A stretch of DNA of 64,000 bases from Candidatus Moanibacter sp. (GTDB lineage Bacteria > Verrucomicrobiota > Verrucomicrobiia > Opitutales > UBA2987). The notes beneath the pieces were generated by a model. That model was not told the origin of the DNA, did not search any database, and saw only the letters and a list, made by a program, of their open reading frames with translations. The stretch spans positions 2,662,216-2,726,215 of the forward strand of contig CBDDCD010000002.1 of the NCBI GenBank assembly GCA_965226025.1, in the 5' to 3' direction. Made by a program: the position numbers and the translations under genes. Below, piece after piece: positions 1 through 8,963 of the stretch (its first letter is position 1; each line of letters starts with the position of its first letter).

Positions 1-177
1 TAAAGTCCGATAGGCTGCTAGCGCATCAACCCACATGAAATGCCGGGCAAACGCGTTTCGATCTTGGATTATCCCTGGCCTCACGGCCAGAGCTACGATC
101 CCGCCATCCGTAGCTCGGCCGGTGACGGCCGGGATGGGCAAATTCGTTTAACCCGTGAAAAAACAAGGGATGATGCA

Positions 178-1332
178 TTAGGGTGACGGAATGCGACACG
201 GCCGGGCCGCGGCGCCGTCGCGTGCGGATTCAAGCATGGCCTCGATGACGGCGACGTCACGCAGTCCCTCTTCAGGTGTGCTTGGGCTCTGGATCGGTTC
301 GTCCGAACCCAGCGACTCAAAGAAGCCCTTCAGCGTCTCGTAAACGCCCCCTTTGTTCCACGGATCCTCGGGGAAATGGTAGGTCCTGTTTCCGGTGCGG
401 CAGTGCACTTGCAGATAGCCGGACTTGAAGTGAGCGTGAACGGCGCCTCGGGAGCCCACCACACTTAGCTCCAGCTGATCGTTGTCCTGTTTCCGGGCAG
501 CGAAAGAGAGATCAAAGCTGCCCTCGACCCCGCTTTCGAAGCGGAGGTGGGCGTGGAGTGAATCTGCCGGCGGTAGGTGGGTCAGGCGCTGGCTGGTCTG
601 GGCGTTCACCTGTTCGACCTCGCCAACAACCTTGCGCAGCAGGGCTACGAAGTGTACCCCGACATCGAGCAGGTGGCCGCCTTGGTAGCTCGGCTGACCC
701 CTCCAGCCCTGGTCTCGGTTGGGCGGGAAGAAGAAGAGTCGACGGAACCGGATGAGCTGCGGCTCGCCAATCTCACCTCCCCGCACGATCTCCTCTAGCC
801 GGCGAACGCTCTTCTTGAAGCGCCAGTTTTCGCCCACAGCCCAGATCCGAGGGCGGGAGAGATTCCGGTGGATATTGAGAAGCCTGAGTCCTTCTTCCAC
901 GCTTGGAGCACAGGGTTTCTCGCTGAAAACGTGCTTTCCCGCACCTAGCGCTGCTTCGATGGCGTCGGGCATGGCAGGTATGGGAAGGACCAGGTCGACG
1001 ACATCAATCTCTTTGTCGCAGAAGAGCTCCGCCAGATCTGTGGACCGCTGGATCCTCGGTCTGCCGAGTTGCCGGGCCGCTCGGGCGAGAGAGTCCTCCG
1101 AGCGGCTGCAGAGAGCCGCGAACTCGAGCAGGCCCTGGTTCTCCAACCTTTGCAGAGCCGCGAAGTGCGCCACCCGGGCGAACCAGCCGCAACCCACCAG
1201 CGCCAGCCGGGGCCGCTCCCCGACTGGCGGAGCACCGCGGCGCAGGGAGAAACGAGTCCGCTCCCAGTAATCGACCGCGTGAAGTCCGAACTTGACTGGG
1301 GTGTGGCGGAGCCTTAGCCACCACGGATTCAC
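178..1332 (-). CDS. Gfo/Idh/MocA-family NAD(P)-dependent oxidoreductase
   Basis: 384-aa ORF. N-terminal Rossmann-type motif RPRLALVGCGWFARVAHFAAL, followed by a C-terminal alpha/beta region typical of this family. Confidence 0.8.
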   Translation of the reverse strand: MNPWWLRLRHTPVKFGLHAVDYWERTRFSLRRGAPPVGERPRLALVGCGWFARVAHFAALQRLENQGLLEFAALCSRSEDSLARAARQLGRPRIQRSTDLAELFCDKEIDVVDLVLPIPAMPDAIEAALGAGKHVFSEKPCAPSVEEGLRLLNIHRNLSRPRIWAVGENWRFKKSVRRLEEIVRGGEIGEPQLIRFRRLFFFPPNRDQGWRGQPSYQGGHLLDVGVHFVALLRKVVGEVEQVNAQTSQRLTHLPPADSLHAHLRFESGVEGSFDLSFAARKQDNDQLELSVVGSRGAVHAHFKSGYLQVHCRTGNRTYHFPEDPWNKGGVYETLKGFFESLGSDEPIQSPSTPEEGLRDVAVIEAMLESARDGAAARPCRIPSP

Positions 1333-1415
1333 GGTAATTGGGATCTCCTTAGCACGAAAAACTTACACCCGACTACCCCCAGTAGAGCTACGGCGAGGCA
1401 TGGAATTTCCGGACT

Positions 1416-1512
1416 AGGAGTCTGTCGGCCTTTAAGCTTTGTAACACCGTTCAGCTTCAGATCGACGGGTTAAGGTTGTAAATGTGGACCCATCTCATAC
1501 CGACAGTTTCCT
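1416..1512. repeat. Family-E hairpin repeat
   Basis: Arms AGGAGTCTGTCGG (1416-1428) and CCGACAGTTTCCT (1500-1512) are reverse complements. The same arm consensus recurs at 3320, 11987, 13164 and 37795. Confidence 0.75.
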
Positions 1513-1516
1513 TTCA

Positions 1517-3284
1517 AGAAAATGAAACTGAGAATTGAGACGATTTGTCATTACTTTCCAAGGTCTTCCGAAATTCTGGAGGTATACATTCATTTTCTTA
1601 TTGCTAGGAGTCTTATAGTAGCTCCAAGTTATTCATCAGTGGGGCCGAGTGGAGCCGTAGGAGTAACTCGGCGAGGCCCCATTGTGAGTAACTTGGCAGA
1701 AGCTGGGTTGGCTATGAGGCAAGGAGTTTGTTTCTCTAGAGGAGTTAATTTTCAAAGGCGGCCGTCCACTACGAACTTAGGAGGCAGTCGTGAGACGACT
1801 TCCGACAGAATTTCGAGTAGACGGCTTGCCTGGATGACCGATAACGAACCCTCAGTTTGTATCCTCATAGCAGGATCCACTATAAGAACTTCGCCTGGAC
1901 ATCCAGCGCCTTTGAAAACCACAAAACGAATAAAACAGAAGGGAAGGTAATTGATCAAAGGGATGCAGAAAAGCGAAAAAACTAATCCATACAGTGTGGT
2001 TATAGGGATCGATTGGGCGGATCAGAAAAATGATCTTTGGATGATCGAGAGGGAAACGGCAGGAGGGAGTCACCGGCAGGTGGCTCAGGATGCGATAGCG
2101 TTGCATGGTTTTGCCGTGGAGATGAGAGAAAGGTATGGGCGTGAGGGAAAGCGCGTCGCCATCGTGGTGGATCAGAAGCGTGGCGGGTTGATCAATTTTC
2201 TGATCGGATTGGAGTTTGTCGATATCTATCCGGTGCATGCGGCCAGTGCGAAGGATTATCGACAGGCATTGTATCCTTCCAGGGCCAAGAGCGATCCGGT
2301 CGATGCGCAATTGCACGCGGAATTTTTCCTCAAACATCCCGAGCACTTTGAGAAGTGTCTGAGACCGGACAGTGTGGAGACGCGCGAGCTCAACCTGTTG
2401 TGTGAGGACCGGCGTGGATTCGTCGATCAGGCGACTCGCTTCGAGCAGCAATTGTGCAGTTGTCTGAAGCAGTATAACCCATTGGTGTTGAAACTGTTCG
2501 ATGACTTGGGCAGTGCTATGTGTCTGCGCTTTGTTCTACGCTGGCCGACGCTTAAGAAGGTCAAGAGCGCATCGGCGCAAGGGTTGCGAAAGTTCTTTTA
2601 TAAGCATAACAGTCGCAGCGCCGCGAAAATCCAGGAGCGCCTGGAGTTGATCGGCCGGGAAGAGGCCTTGACCGAGGATCCCGCGACTCTGGAGGCGTTC
2701 AGTCGCAAAGCGCAGACTCTGGCCAAACAGCTTTTGGCCCTGCAACCGCAGATCGAGGCCTACGAGGAGCGTATCAAGGAACTTTTTCACACCCATCCCG
2801 ATGCCCCTGTGTTCAGCGGCCTTCCCGGAGCCGGCGAGGCCCTCAGCCCTCGGCTGCTGTGCGCCTTTGGGACCGATCGATCGCGTTTCGAAACGGCCCG
2901 GAACATGACCCAGTGGAATGGTTCGGCTCCAGTCACCATCAGCAGCGGTCAGCACAAAAAGAGCAGCCAGGCAAAACGACTGGTCACCTGGCGGTGGTCC
3001 GCGCCCACCTTTGTCCGCCAGAGCTTTGTTGAATTTGCCGCCCATTCGATCCGAAACTGCGACTGGGCCAACACCTACTATCAAATTAAAAAAGAACAGG
3101 GCAAATCCCGCCAAACCATCCTTCGAGCGCTCGCTCTGAAGTGGACCCGCATTCTCTTTCGCTGCTGGCAAAATAACCAGAATTACGACGAGCACAGATA
3201 CCTCGAATCACTCCAAAGGCGCGGTTCACCGGTATGGCATAGACTCCAGCAACTAAACGGCCACGCCCTCTAAACAGAAAATGA
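1517..3284 (+). mobile_element. IS110-family insertion sequence (approximate bounds)
   Basis: Transposase ORF preceded by about 425 bp of AT-richer non-coding DNA. A 9-bp direct repeat AGAAAATGA sits at 1517-1525 and 3276-3284. No terminal inverted repeats were seen, which is usual for IS110. Confidence 0.45.
1951..3273 (+). CDS. IS110-family DEDD transposase/recombinase
   Basis: 440 aa. N-terminal RuvC-like region (SVVIGIDWADQKNDLW, DPVDAQLHAEFF) and C-terminal motif FSGLPGAGEALSPRLLCAFG. The first codon is TTG; an ATG lies 12 nt downstream. Confidence 0.85.
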   Translation: MIKGMQKSEKTNPYSVVIGIDWADQKNDLWMIERETAGGSHRQVAQDAIALHGFAVEMRERYGREGKRVAIVVDQKRGGLINFLIGLEFVDIYPVHAASAKDYRQALYPSRAKSDPVDAQLHAEFFLKHPEHFEKCLRPDSVETRELNLLCEDRRGFVDQATRFEQQLCSCLKQYNPLVLKLFDDLGSAMCLRFVLRWPTLKKVKSASAQGLRKFFYKHNSRSAAKIQERLELIGREEALTEDPATLEAFSRKAQTLAKQLLALQPQIEAYEERIKELFHTHPDAPVFSGLPGAGEALSPRLLCAFGTDRSRFETARNMTQWNGSAPVTISSGQHKKSSQAKRLVTWRWSAPTFVRQSFVEFAAHSIRNCDWANTYYQIKKEQGKSRQTILRALALKWTRILFRCWQNNQNYDEHRYLESLQRRGSPVWHRLQQLNGHAL

Positions 3285-3319
3285 GTACTATTTTAAAAAA
3301 TCCCTTGACGGACCACCTC

Positions 3320-3384
3320 AGTTTTCTGTCGGACGAGCTCTTCTAATTGCACAGCAATCGAATCACAAAGTCCGACAGACTCCT
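3320..3384. repeat. Family-E hairpin repeat (short loop)
   Basis: AGTTTTCTGTCGGAC (3320-3334) pairs with GTCCGACAGACTCCT (3370-3384). Confidence 0.75.
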
Positions 3385-3401
3385 AGCGCAAAACACGCCG
3401 C

Positions 3402-4597
3402 TTACAGATTCAGATCCCACCCGTGGATATCCTCAAACAAGCATGTCCCATCGAAGGCCACGAATCCGATCCTCCCGGAGAACGGGTCTGGCATGCGATA
3501 GGTCTGCACGTAGTAATCATCAATGTAGAACTCGAAGAAGTCGCCGCGCGCGATGAGGCGGAAAGAATGTCTTTCCCCGTGCCGAACGCCGCAATAGGAG
3601 GCGTGCCCTAAGGGACCGACTGTATCTTCGCAAGCAAAGCTGCAGATGCCCTGCAGCTTCCCTGACCTGTCCACAACCAGTCCCTTGCCTGTGTCTGCGT
3701 AAATATCGCAATCGGTGATCCTATGGTCTGCGTAGGCCATGCTGCCCGTTCGTGTAGTTCCGAGAGAGTCGGGTATGATTGCGCAGCCCCGGCCTGGATA
3801 CTCTTCCAGATAGAAACCCGCGGCAGCCGCGTGTTGGTGTGACTCGATCCTTCCCCTGCGCTCCCGGACCGTGACATGCCCTTCGATCACGAATCCTCCA
3901 GTTCTGTCAAAAAGGCGATCGGTCATCACGATCGATCCATCGCGTCCGGCTGAGAGTAGAATCCTCTTCTCATCGCAGGAAAACGTGTCCCGATTCGTTC
4001 ACAGAAGTTGAGCTCCATGTGCTGGGAGGGAAGTTCTCCCCACTCAATCACCGGAGGCGGCAGGACTTCCCAGTTGATGCCGTCGAAGCTCTTCAACATT
4101 CCGGTACTCGGAGCTCCGACATCGTCTCGAACTTCGGAGGAGATGTAGCCGAGATAGACGCCTCGCCCACCTTCCTGTTCCTTGATGATGTAAATCTCGT
4201 CCCACCGTTCACGGTAGAATTTACAGTCCGGCACCACATCATACCGATCGCCAAGGTGTTTCCAATGCAGCAGGTCCTCCGATTGATAGATCTTGAAGTG
4301 AACGCCCTTCTCCTCGGTGGAGCAAGTGGGGTAGTAGTTGTGCTTATTGGCGATTCGGATGACCCCAAACCCTGCGTGGGCACCGGGGATGGGAACAAGA
4401 TCCCGCCCGATGAAGCGCCAGTGCACCCCGTCGTGGGAAACTGCGATATCGATGCCGATTGCTCGCCCACTCGGGTTTGATTGAGTCAGATGTCCGGTGC
4501 CGAAAAATGCGTAAAATCTGTCGTTGTCAAAGATTGTGAAGTTCTCCCAGGCCTTCTTGCCGGGATTCTTGAATTTGTCCACAGGTGATACGAACAT
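3402..4597 (-). pseudogene. Beta-propeller glycoside-hydrolase-like protein with C-terminal beta-sandwich (GH32/43-type fold), split by a 1-nt frameshift
   Basis: ORFs 3926..4597 and 3402..3929 overlap by 4 nt. The N-terminal part has blade motifs SHDGVHWRF, SEDLLHWKH and SFDGINWEV. The C-terminal part reads FRLIARGDFFEFYIDDYYV. The downstream frame stays open upstream of its nominal start and reads like protein (TFSCDEKRILLSAGRDGSIVMTD). Confidence 0.6.
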
Positions 4598-4697
4598 CTT
4601 GGTCTCCTAGGAGGAATCTGTCGGTAGAAACTACGTAGGTTCTGGGCGAGACAAAAATCTCCCCCTTTCGCAGCTCGTATCCAGCGCCACCTCCGTT

Positions 4698-6917
4698 TTA
4701 TTGTCCCCTTGCCTCACCTTCGCGCCGATAGCTCTGAAGCCGCTTTTTTAATGCCTCGGTCTGCTGTTCTGGCGGTAGCAAATTGATCGCGCGTTGAAGA
4801 GATTCCTCGGCCTTGTTGAACTGTCCCGCTGCGGCGTGCGCCATTGCCAAAGTATCGAATATGACGGGATCCGGTTCGCGGTTAAGCTGAGCAGCCCGCT
4901 CGGCGAGATCTATCGCCTCTTCAGGAGCTCGCAGGTCGGCGTCGCTGGTTGTGGCCAGGATCCATGCGGCAACGCCCAAGGGCGCTGCCCAATCGGGATT
5001 TAGGCGTCCCGCTTCCCGTAAGGCTTGCAAGGCCTCAGACTGCAGCTCGGCAGCCACCAAAGCGACTCCGAGATTGTAGTGGGCGACAGCGAAATCGGGC
5101 TGGGCGCGCACCGCTCGGCGATATTGGCCAATGGCTTCGACCAACCTGCCCTGCTGTTGCAGCAGGCGGCCCAAGAAGAGATGGGCTTGAGCCGATTCGG
5201 GATTTACGGAGAGGGCCTGACGGTAGTGTGCTGCCGCTTCTTCGAGCAGGCCTTGGCTTTGCAGAGCTTGACCGAGGTGAAGATAGGCTTCGGCCCGTTC
5301 GGGATCGAGTTTTAGGACTTCTCGAAAGTGGCCTATCGCATCGTCGAAGAGCTGCTCGCCGTTGAGGGCCAGACCCAGGTTAAAGTGCGCGTCGGTGTGA
5401 TTCGATTCATACTCGAGGACCTGTCTGAACTGGTCCATGGCTTCGGCAGTCTTTCCCGCCGCTTGGAGGGCGATGCCAAGATTGTTTCTCGCCTTGGGTT
5501 GGTGCGGATCCAGTTCCAGCGTCCGGCGATAGTGCGCGATCGCTTCATCAAGGGCGCCGATGCGCTCCAGGCTGTGCCCCAAAAACAATTCAATATACGC
5601 ATCGTCCGGTATTTCGAGAACCGCCTTCCGAAGGTACTTAACAACGTCGTGGTCAAACTCGCCCTTTTCGAACTGCCGCGCCAACCAGATCGCGGCGATA
5701 GGGCGCGGTTTTTCCTCCCAACGTCCGCGAAACGGAGCGGCCCGGGCCAGCTGCACATCTGCGGCCGCCCCTAGATGGGCAACATCCGCCAGCAGAGATG
5801 CGATATCAACGGGGCCGCGGTAGAGGGCCCGGATTCGGCCCTCGCCGTCAACGAGGACACTCGTGGGAACGGCCAATGGGACGACTCGATAGAAAATCGT
5901 GTCGAGAAGGATTTGAAGCTTGTTGAGCATGCGTGGCGTGGCTAGGCCGCTGGGAAACGGAAAACCGAGTTGCTGTAGATGTTTTCGGGCGTCCGAGGGT
6001 TCTGTTGCTTTGTTCTCATCCAAACCGTCCACACTCAAAGCAAGTATTTCGACTCCTACCTCCCACAGCCGATTTTCATTTTGCATCAGATCCCTGAGCT
6101 CCGCGTGGCAGGGCACACACCAGCTCGCCCAGAGGTTGACGAGAACAGGGCCGTCAAGATTTTCATTGAGCAAGATGTCGTTGCCTTGCCAGTCGCGGTA
6201 GGAGAGCGCCGGCAAGTCTGGCCCCGTCGGGAGGAAGATGCGGCCCGTGCTACTGGACGGTACGGGGTCGAGGCTAGAGGCGCGCAGGTTTACCTTTCTG
6301 GCGGGCGCCGGTAACGGTTGTACCAGGCCGCTTCCCTCCACAATCCGGTAGCGGCGATTGGCTTTTAAGCCGGTGAAGGTTTCCTCTGGGCCGCCCGGCC
6401 AGCGGACCACGAGACGGTCGATATCCGACCTGGAGCCCAACCCGAAATGCAGCCATTTGCTGGACTGGGCGACAAATCCGCTACCGGCGGAAACGGTCCT
6501 AACGAACCTCGCGGTTGCTTTCTGCCTGCCGCCCATCTGAATCTCGACGCGCGCTCCGATCGCGTCGCGATTGGCTGTTGTGCCCACCAGACGGAGGGCC
6601 AGATAGTGATTACTCGACGGCGTTTCGTTGCGCGCGAAACGCACTTGCGGAGCAGTGCGATTGGAGATCCACAGATCCAGGTCGCCGTCGCCGTCCCAAT
6701 CTACGGTCGCCACGCCTCGCCCGTCGTCGATAAAGTCCAGCCCGCTGGTTGCCGAGATGTTTGCGAACTTCCGTCCACCGGTGTTGAGGAAAACGCAGTT
6801 TCGCTCGTAACCGCTGAAGGAGCGTCCCTCTGCCAACATTCGGTAGAGAGTTTGGAATGCCTCTACATAGTCCCCTGCCGAATCCATTCCGACTTCTTTC
6901 GATGGTGATCGCGACAC
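4698..6917 (-). CDS. ASPIC/UnbV + TlpA-like thioredoxin-fold (WCVPC) + TPR-repeat protein; probably the C-terminal part of one CRTAC1-like protein
   Basis: ERNCVFLNTGGRKFANISATSGLDFIDDGRGVATVDWDGDGDLDLWISN and the ...VRWPGG region match ASPIC/UnbV. VNLWASWCVPCHAEL matches a redoxin. The C-terminal half is a series of TPR-like repeats. The nominal start is a GTG lying in frame only 7 codons after the TGA of the upstream ORF. Confidence 0.8.
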   Translation of the reverse strand: MSRSPSKEVGMDSAGDYVEAFQTLYRMLAEGRSFSGYERNCVFLNTGGRKFANISATSGLDFIDDGRGVATVDWDGDGDLDLWISNRTAPQVRFARNETPSSNHYLALRLVGTTANRDAIGARVEIQMGGRQKATARFVRTVSAGSGFVAQSSKWLHFGLGSRSDIDRLVVRWPGGPEETFTGLKANRRYRIVEGSGLVQPLPAPARKVNLRASSLDPVPSSSTGRIFLPTGPDLPALSYRDWQGNDILLNENLDGPVLVNLWASWCVPCHAELRDLMQNENRLWEVGVEILALSVDGLDENKATEPSDARKHLQQLGFPFPSGLATPRMLNKLQILLDTIFYRVVPLAVPTSVLVDGEGRIRALYRGPVDIASLLADVAHLGAAADVQLARAAPFRGRWEEKPRPIAAIWLARQFEKGEFDHDVVKYLRKAVLEIPDDAYIELFLGHSLERIGALDEAIAHYRRTLELDPHQPKARNNLGIALQAAGKTAEAMDQFRQVLEYESNHTDAHFNLGLALNGEQLFDDAIGHFREVLKLDPERAEAYLHLGQALQSQGLLEEAAAHYRQALSVNPESAQAHLFLGRLLQQQGRLVEAIGQYRRAVRAQPDFAVAHYNLGVALVAAELQSEALQALREAGRLNPDWAAPLGVAAWILATTSDADLRAPEEAIDLAERAAQLNREPDPVIFDTLAMAHAAAGQFNKAEESLQRAINLLPPEQQTEALKKRLQSYRREGEARGQ

Positions 6918-6937
6918 GACCTGCCGCCAAAAGAAAC
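6892..6937 (-). other. Candidate SECIS-like stem-loop immediately 3' of the in-frame UGA
   Basis: Hand-folded. mRNA positions +5..+15 pair with +40..+50; the upper stem is GGUC/GAUC; the 7-nt apical loop is GUGUCGC. Confidence 0.3.
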
Positions 6938-6938
6938 T

Positions 6939-8858
6939 TCACAAGTCTCCTGTGTCCGGAGCACTGACAAAACCGTTGGCCACTACGAGGTCTTCCCATC
7001 CGTCGTTGTTCAGATCTGAAAATACGGAACTCCAAGCCCAACGGCCCATGGTGACTCCGCAATCCACGCTGACGTCGGAAAAAGTGCCGTCACCGTTGTT
7101 GGCAAAAAGGCTGTTGCCGCGGGCCAGCCGCTGGAGCATCACTTTGGTCGACCGATCGGATTTTGGCTGAAATTGCGGGTGAAAGGTGATCCGCCCGCCG
7201 GCGGAAGACCACATGTTTCCGACGTAAAGATCCATCCACCCGTCGCGGTTGAAATCTCCCCAACTGGTCGACATGCCGGAAGCCATGTCCTCGATTCCGG
7301 CCTCGACCGCCACATTTACAAACCGCGCGCCGTCATTGCGATAGAGACAGTTGCGGCCGAAGTCGTTGGCCACGTAGAGGTCGGGATCTCCGTCTTGATC
7401 ATAGTCTTCCCAACTGGCGGCGAAGGTCCATCTGCGATTGTCGACATCCATCCCGGATTCCGATGTGACATTCGTGAATCTCCAATCGCCGTCGTTCCGC
7501 AACAACAGATTCTCCGGACCATTGTTTGCGTCGTGGTAGGGGACGGGATTGGGCACATCAAAGGTCAGTCCCGATCGCATGTAGCGGCTGACATAAATGT
7601 CGAGATCCCCGTCCAGATCGTAGTCGGCCGCGGCCAAACCGAAAGCTTGCGCCGCTGCCGGGACCACTTTACTCCGCTCGAATCGCCCGCTTCCGTCATT
7701 GGACAAAAACATCAGACCGGAACGCATCCCCAGGACGAGGTCTTCGTCGCCATCGTTGTCCAGGTCGACAAGGAGGGCGCAACGAGTCAGGTCCAACCAA
7801 TCGACCCGGGCCCATTCCGAGCGATCGCTGGCTGTACCGTCCGCATTCTGCAGCAACAGCCGATTAGGCAGTCCGCCATTCTGGCAGATGAAGACATCTT
7901 CCAAGCCATCGCCGTTAACATCACTCACGGCGAGTCCCTGATAAGCAGGTAGGTCGATATCCATCGTGGATTCGATTCGAGCCCCCCAGTCGAAAGTACC
8001 GCGCGACACTTGGGAGGTAAAGTCGTCGTTGTGGCCCACCACAGCCTCGGTACAATCCGAAAATAACACCTGGGTGTCGGACCTGACTTGCGTCTGCTCA
8101 TACTCGGTTAGGGTGATGGATTTAAGGAGCGGTGGTTGCGATTCGCTACCATCCGTCCAGCGGCACTTCCAGGTCGCGTGTTGTTCGAGGGAACCTGTTC
8201 CGTGAAGCCCGCTGACCGTAAAGTATTGCTCGGTGGTCGTCTCGCCGGCCTCGCCCTTGCGGACGCGGAATATTTTCGCCTCGAAGCGGACGTTGTTAGC
8301 CCCTTCGAACGGTGCCGCGAGATCCGTGAGGGCCTTTGCCAGGCCATCCGCGCCGTGATGACTTTCGCCGTCTTGAATCGCTTCCCCGGGGCCCGGCCAC
8401 CGCTTGACGGTGATGGCGCGGTCTTCAAACACTTTGCCCAGATTTCGGGGGAGCAGGTAGGTGCAGGAGAACTCCGGCGCTGTCAGAGTCTCCAAATTCG
8501 CCCGACTTATTTTCGATGGTTCAAACAGTAGTTCGCCGATGCGCTTTAGCTGGTCGCTTGCGAGGCCGGCGAATACTTCCGAATCCCATCCATCCGCTGC
8601 CGGATCGTCCGTCTCGGGCACCCGCCGCGAAGGCTCGTCGGGCTGGCGAGCCGGCGATGGATCTTGGGCAGATGTGACCTGGCCGACTAAGAAAAGAACC
8701 GGCAGTCCGGCCACCGCCAGTCCACGCAATACGCGGCTCCCCGACCGTAGCGATCCCTCTTTTTTGCCGCTGGTTCGACCGAAACACCTAGGCTTCTGCC
8801 CAACTGTCGCCATGTAAACAGGTTGCTTCGCCGTCAGGAAATTACAATCCCCATTCAA
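6939..8858 (-). CDS. FG-GAP/VCBS-repeat protein; probably the N-terminal part of one CRTAC1-like protein, ending at an in-frame TGA
   Basis: Repeated Ca-binding-type motifs: DVNGDGLEDVFICQNGG, DLDNDGDEDLVLG, DYDLDGDLDIYVS, DYDQDGDPDLYVANDFGRNCLYRNDG and DLNNDGWEDLVVANG. An N-terminal hydrophobic signal-like segment is present. Confidence 0.8.
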   Translation of the reverse strand: MNGDCNFLTAKQPVYMATVGQKPRCFGRTSGKKEGSLRSGSRVLRGLAVAGLPVLFLVGQVTSAQDPSPARQPDEPSRRVPETDDPAADGWDSEVFAGLASDQLKRIGELLFEPSKISRANLETLTAPEFSCTYLLPRNLGKVFEDRAITVKRWPGPGEAIQDGESHHGADGLAKALTDLAAPFEGANNVRFEAKIFRVRKGEAGETTTEQYFTVSGLHGTGSLEQHATWKCRWTDGSESQPPLLKSITLTEYEQTQVRSDTQVLFSDCTEAVVGHNDDFTSQVSRGTFDWGARIESTMDIDLPAYQGLAVSDVNGDGLEDVFICQNGGLPNRLLLQNADGTASDRSEWARVDWLDLTRCALLVDLDNDGDEDLVLGMRSGLMFLSNDGSGRFERSKVVPAAAQAFGLAAADYDLDGDLDIYVSRYMRSGLTFDVPNPVPYHDANNGPENLLLRNDGDWRFTNVTSESGMDVDNRRWTFAASWEDYDQDGDPDLYVANDFGRNCLYRNDGARFVNVAVEAGIEDMASGMSTSWGDFNRDGWMDLYVGNMWSSAGGRITFHPQFQPKSDRSTKVMLQRLARGNSLFANNGDGTFSDVSVDCGVTMGRWAWSSVFSDLNNDGWEDLVVANGFVSAPDTGDL

Positions 8859-8963
8859 GGTATAGCCGCAACTCTGTCGACAATATGAAATAAGGGAAAT
8901 AAAAATAGGGTCAGGAAGAAAATAGTTGACTGGGTCGAGTCTCGAATCTAGAAGGAGATTAGG

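Noticed and set aside
1522-1950. 142-aa ORF in the region upstream of the IS110 transposase.
   Set aside because: The sequence is AT-rich and non-protein-like, with no recognisable domain. The region is better explained as the non-coding left end of the IS.
3926-3929. The 4-nt overlap of ORFs 3926..4597 and 3402..3929 as ordinary translational coupling of two separate genes.
   Set aside because: The nominal start of the downstream ORF is a GTG. Its frame is open for about 24 codons further upstream with protein-like sequence. The two parts correspond to the catalytic and C-terminal domains of one enzyme type, so a frameshift is the simpler reading.
6939-6941. Alternative genetic code (UGA read as Trp or Gly) as the explanation for the in-frame TGA.
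   Set aside because: TGA clearly functions as a stop elsewhere in the window, for example at the ends of the LacI gene, acoC and the GH-like ORF.
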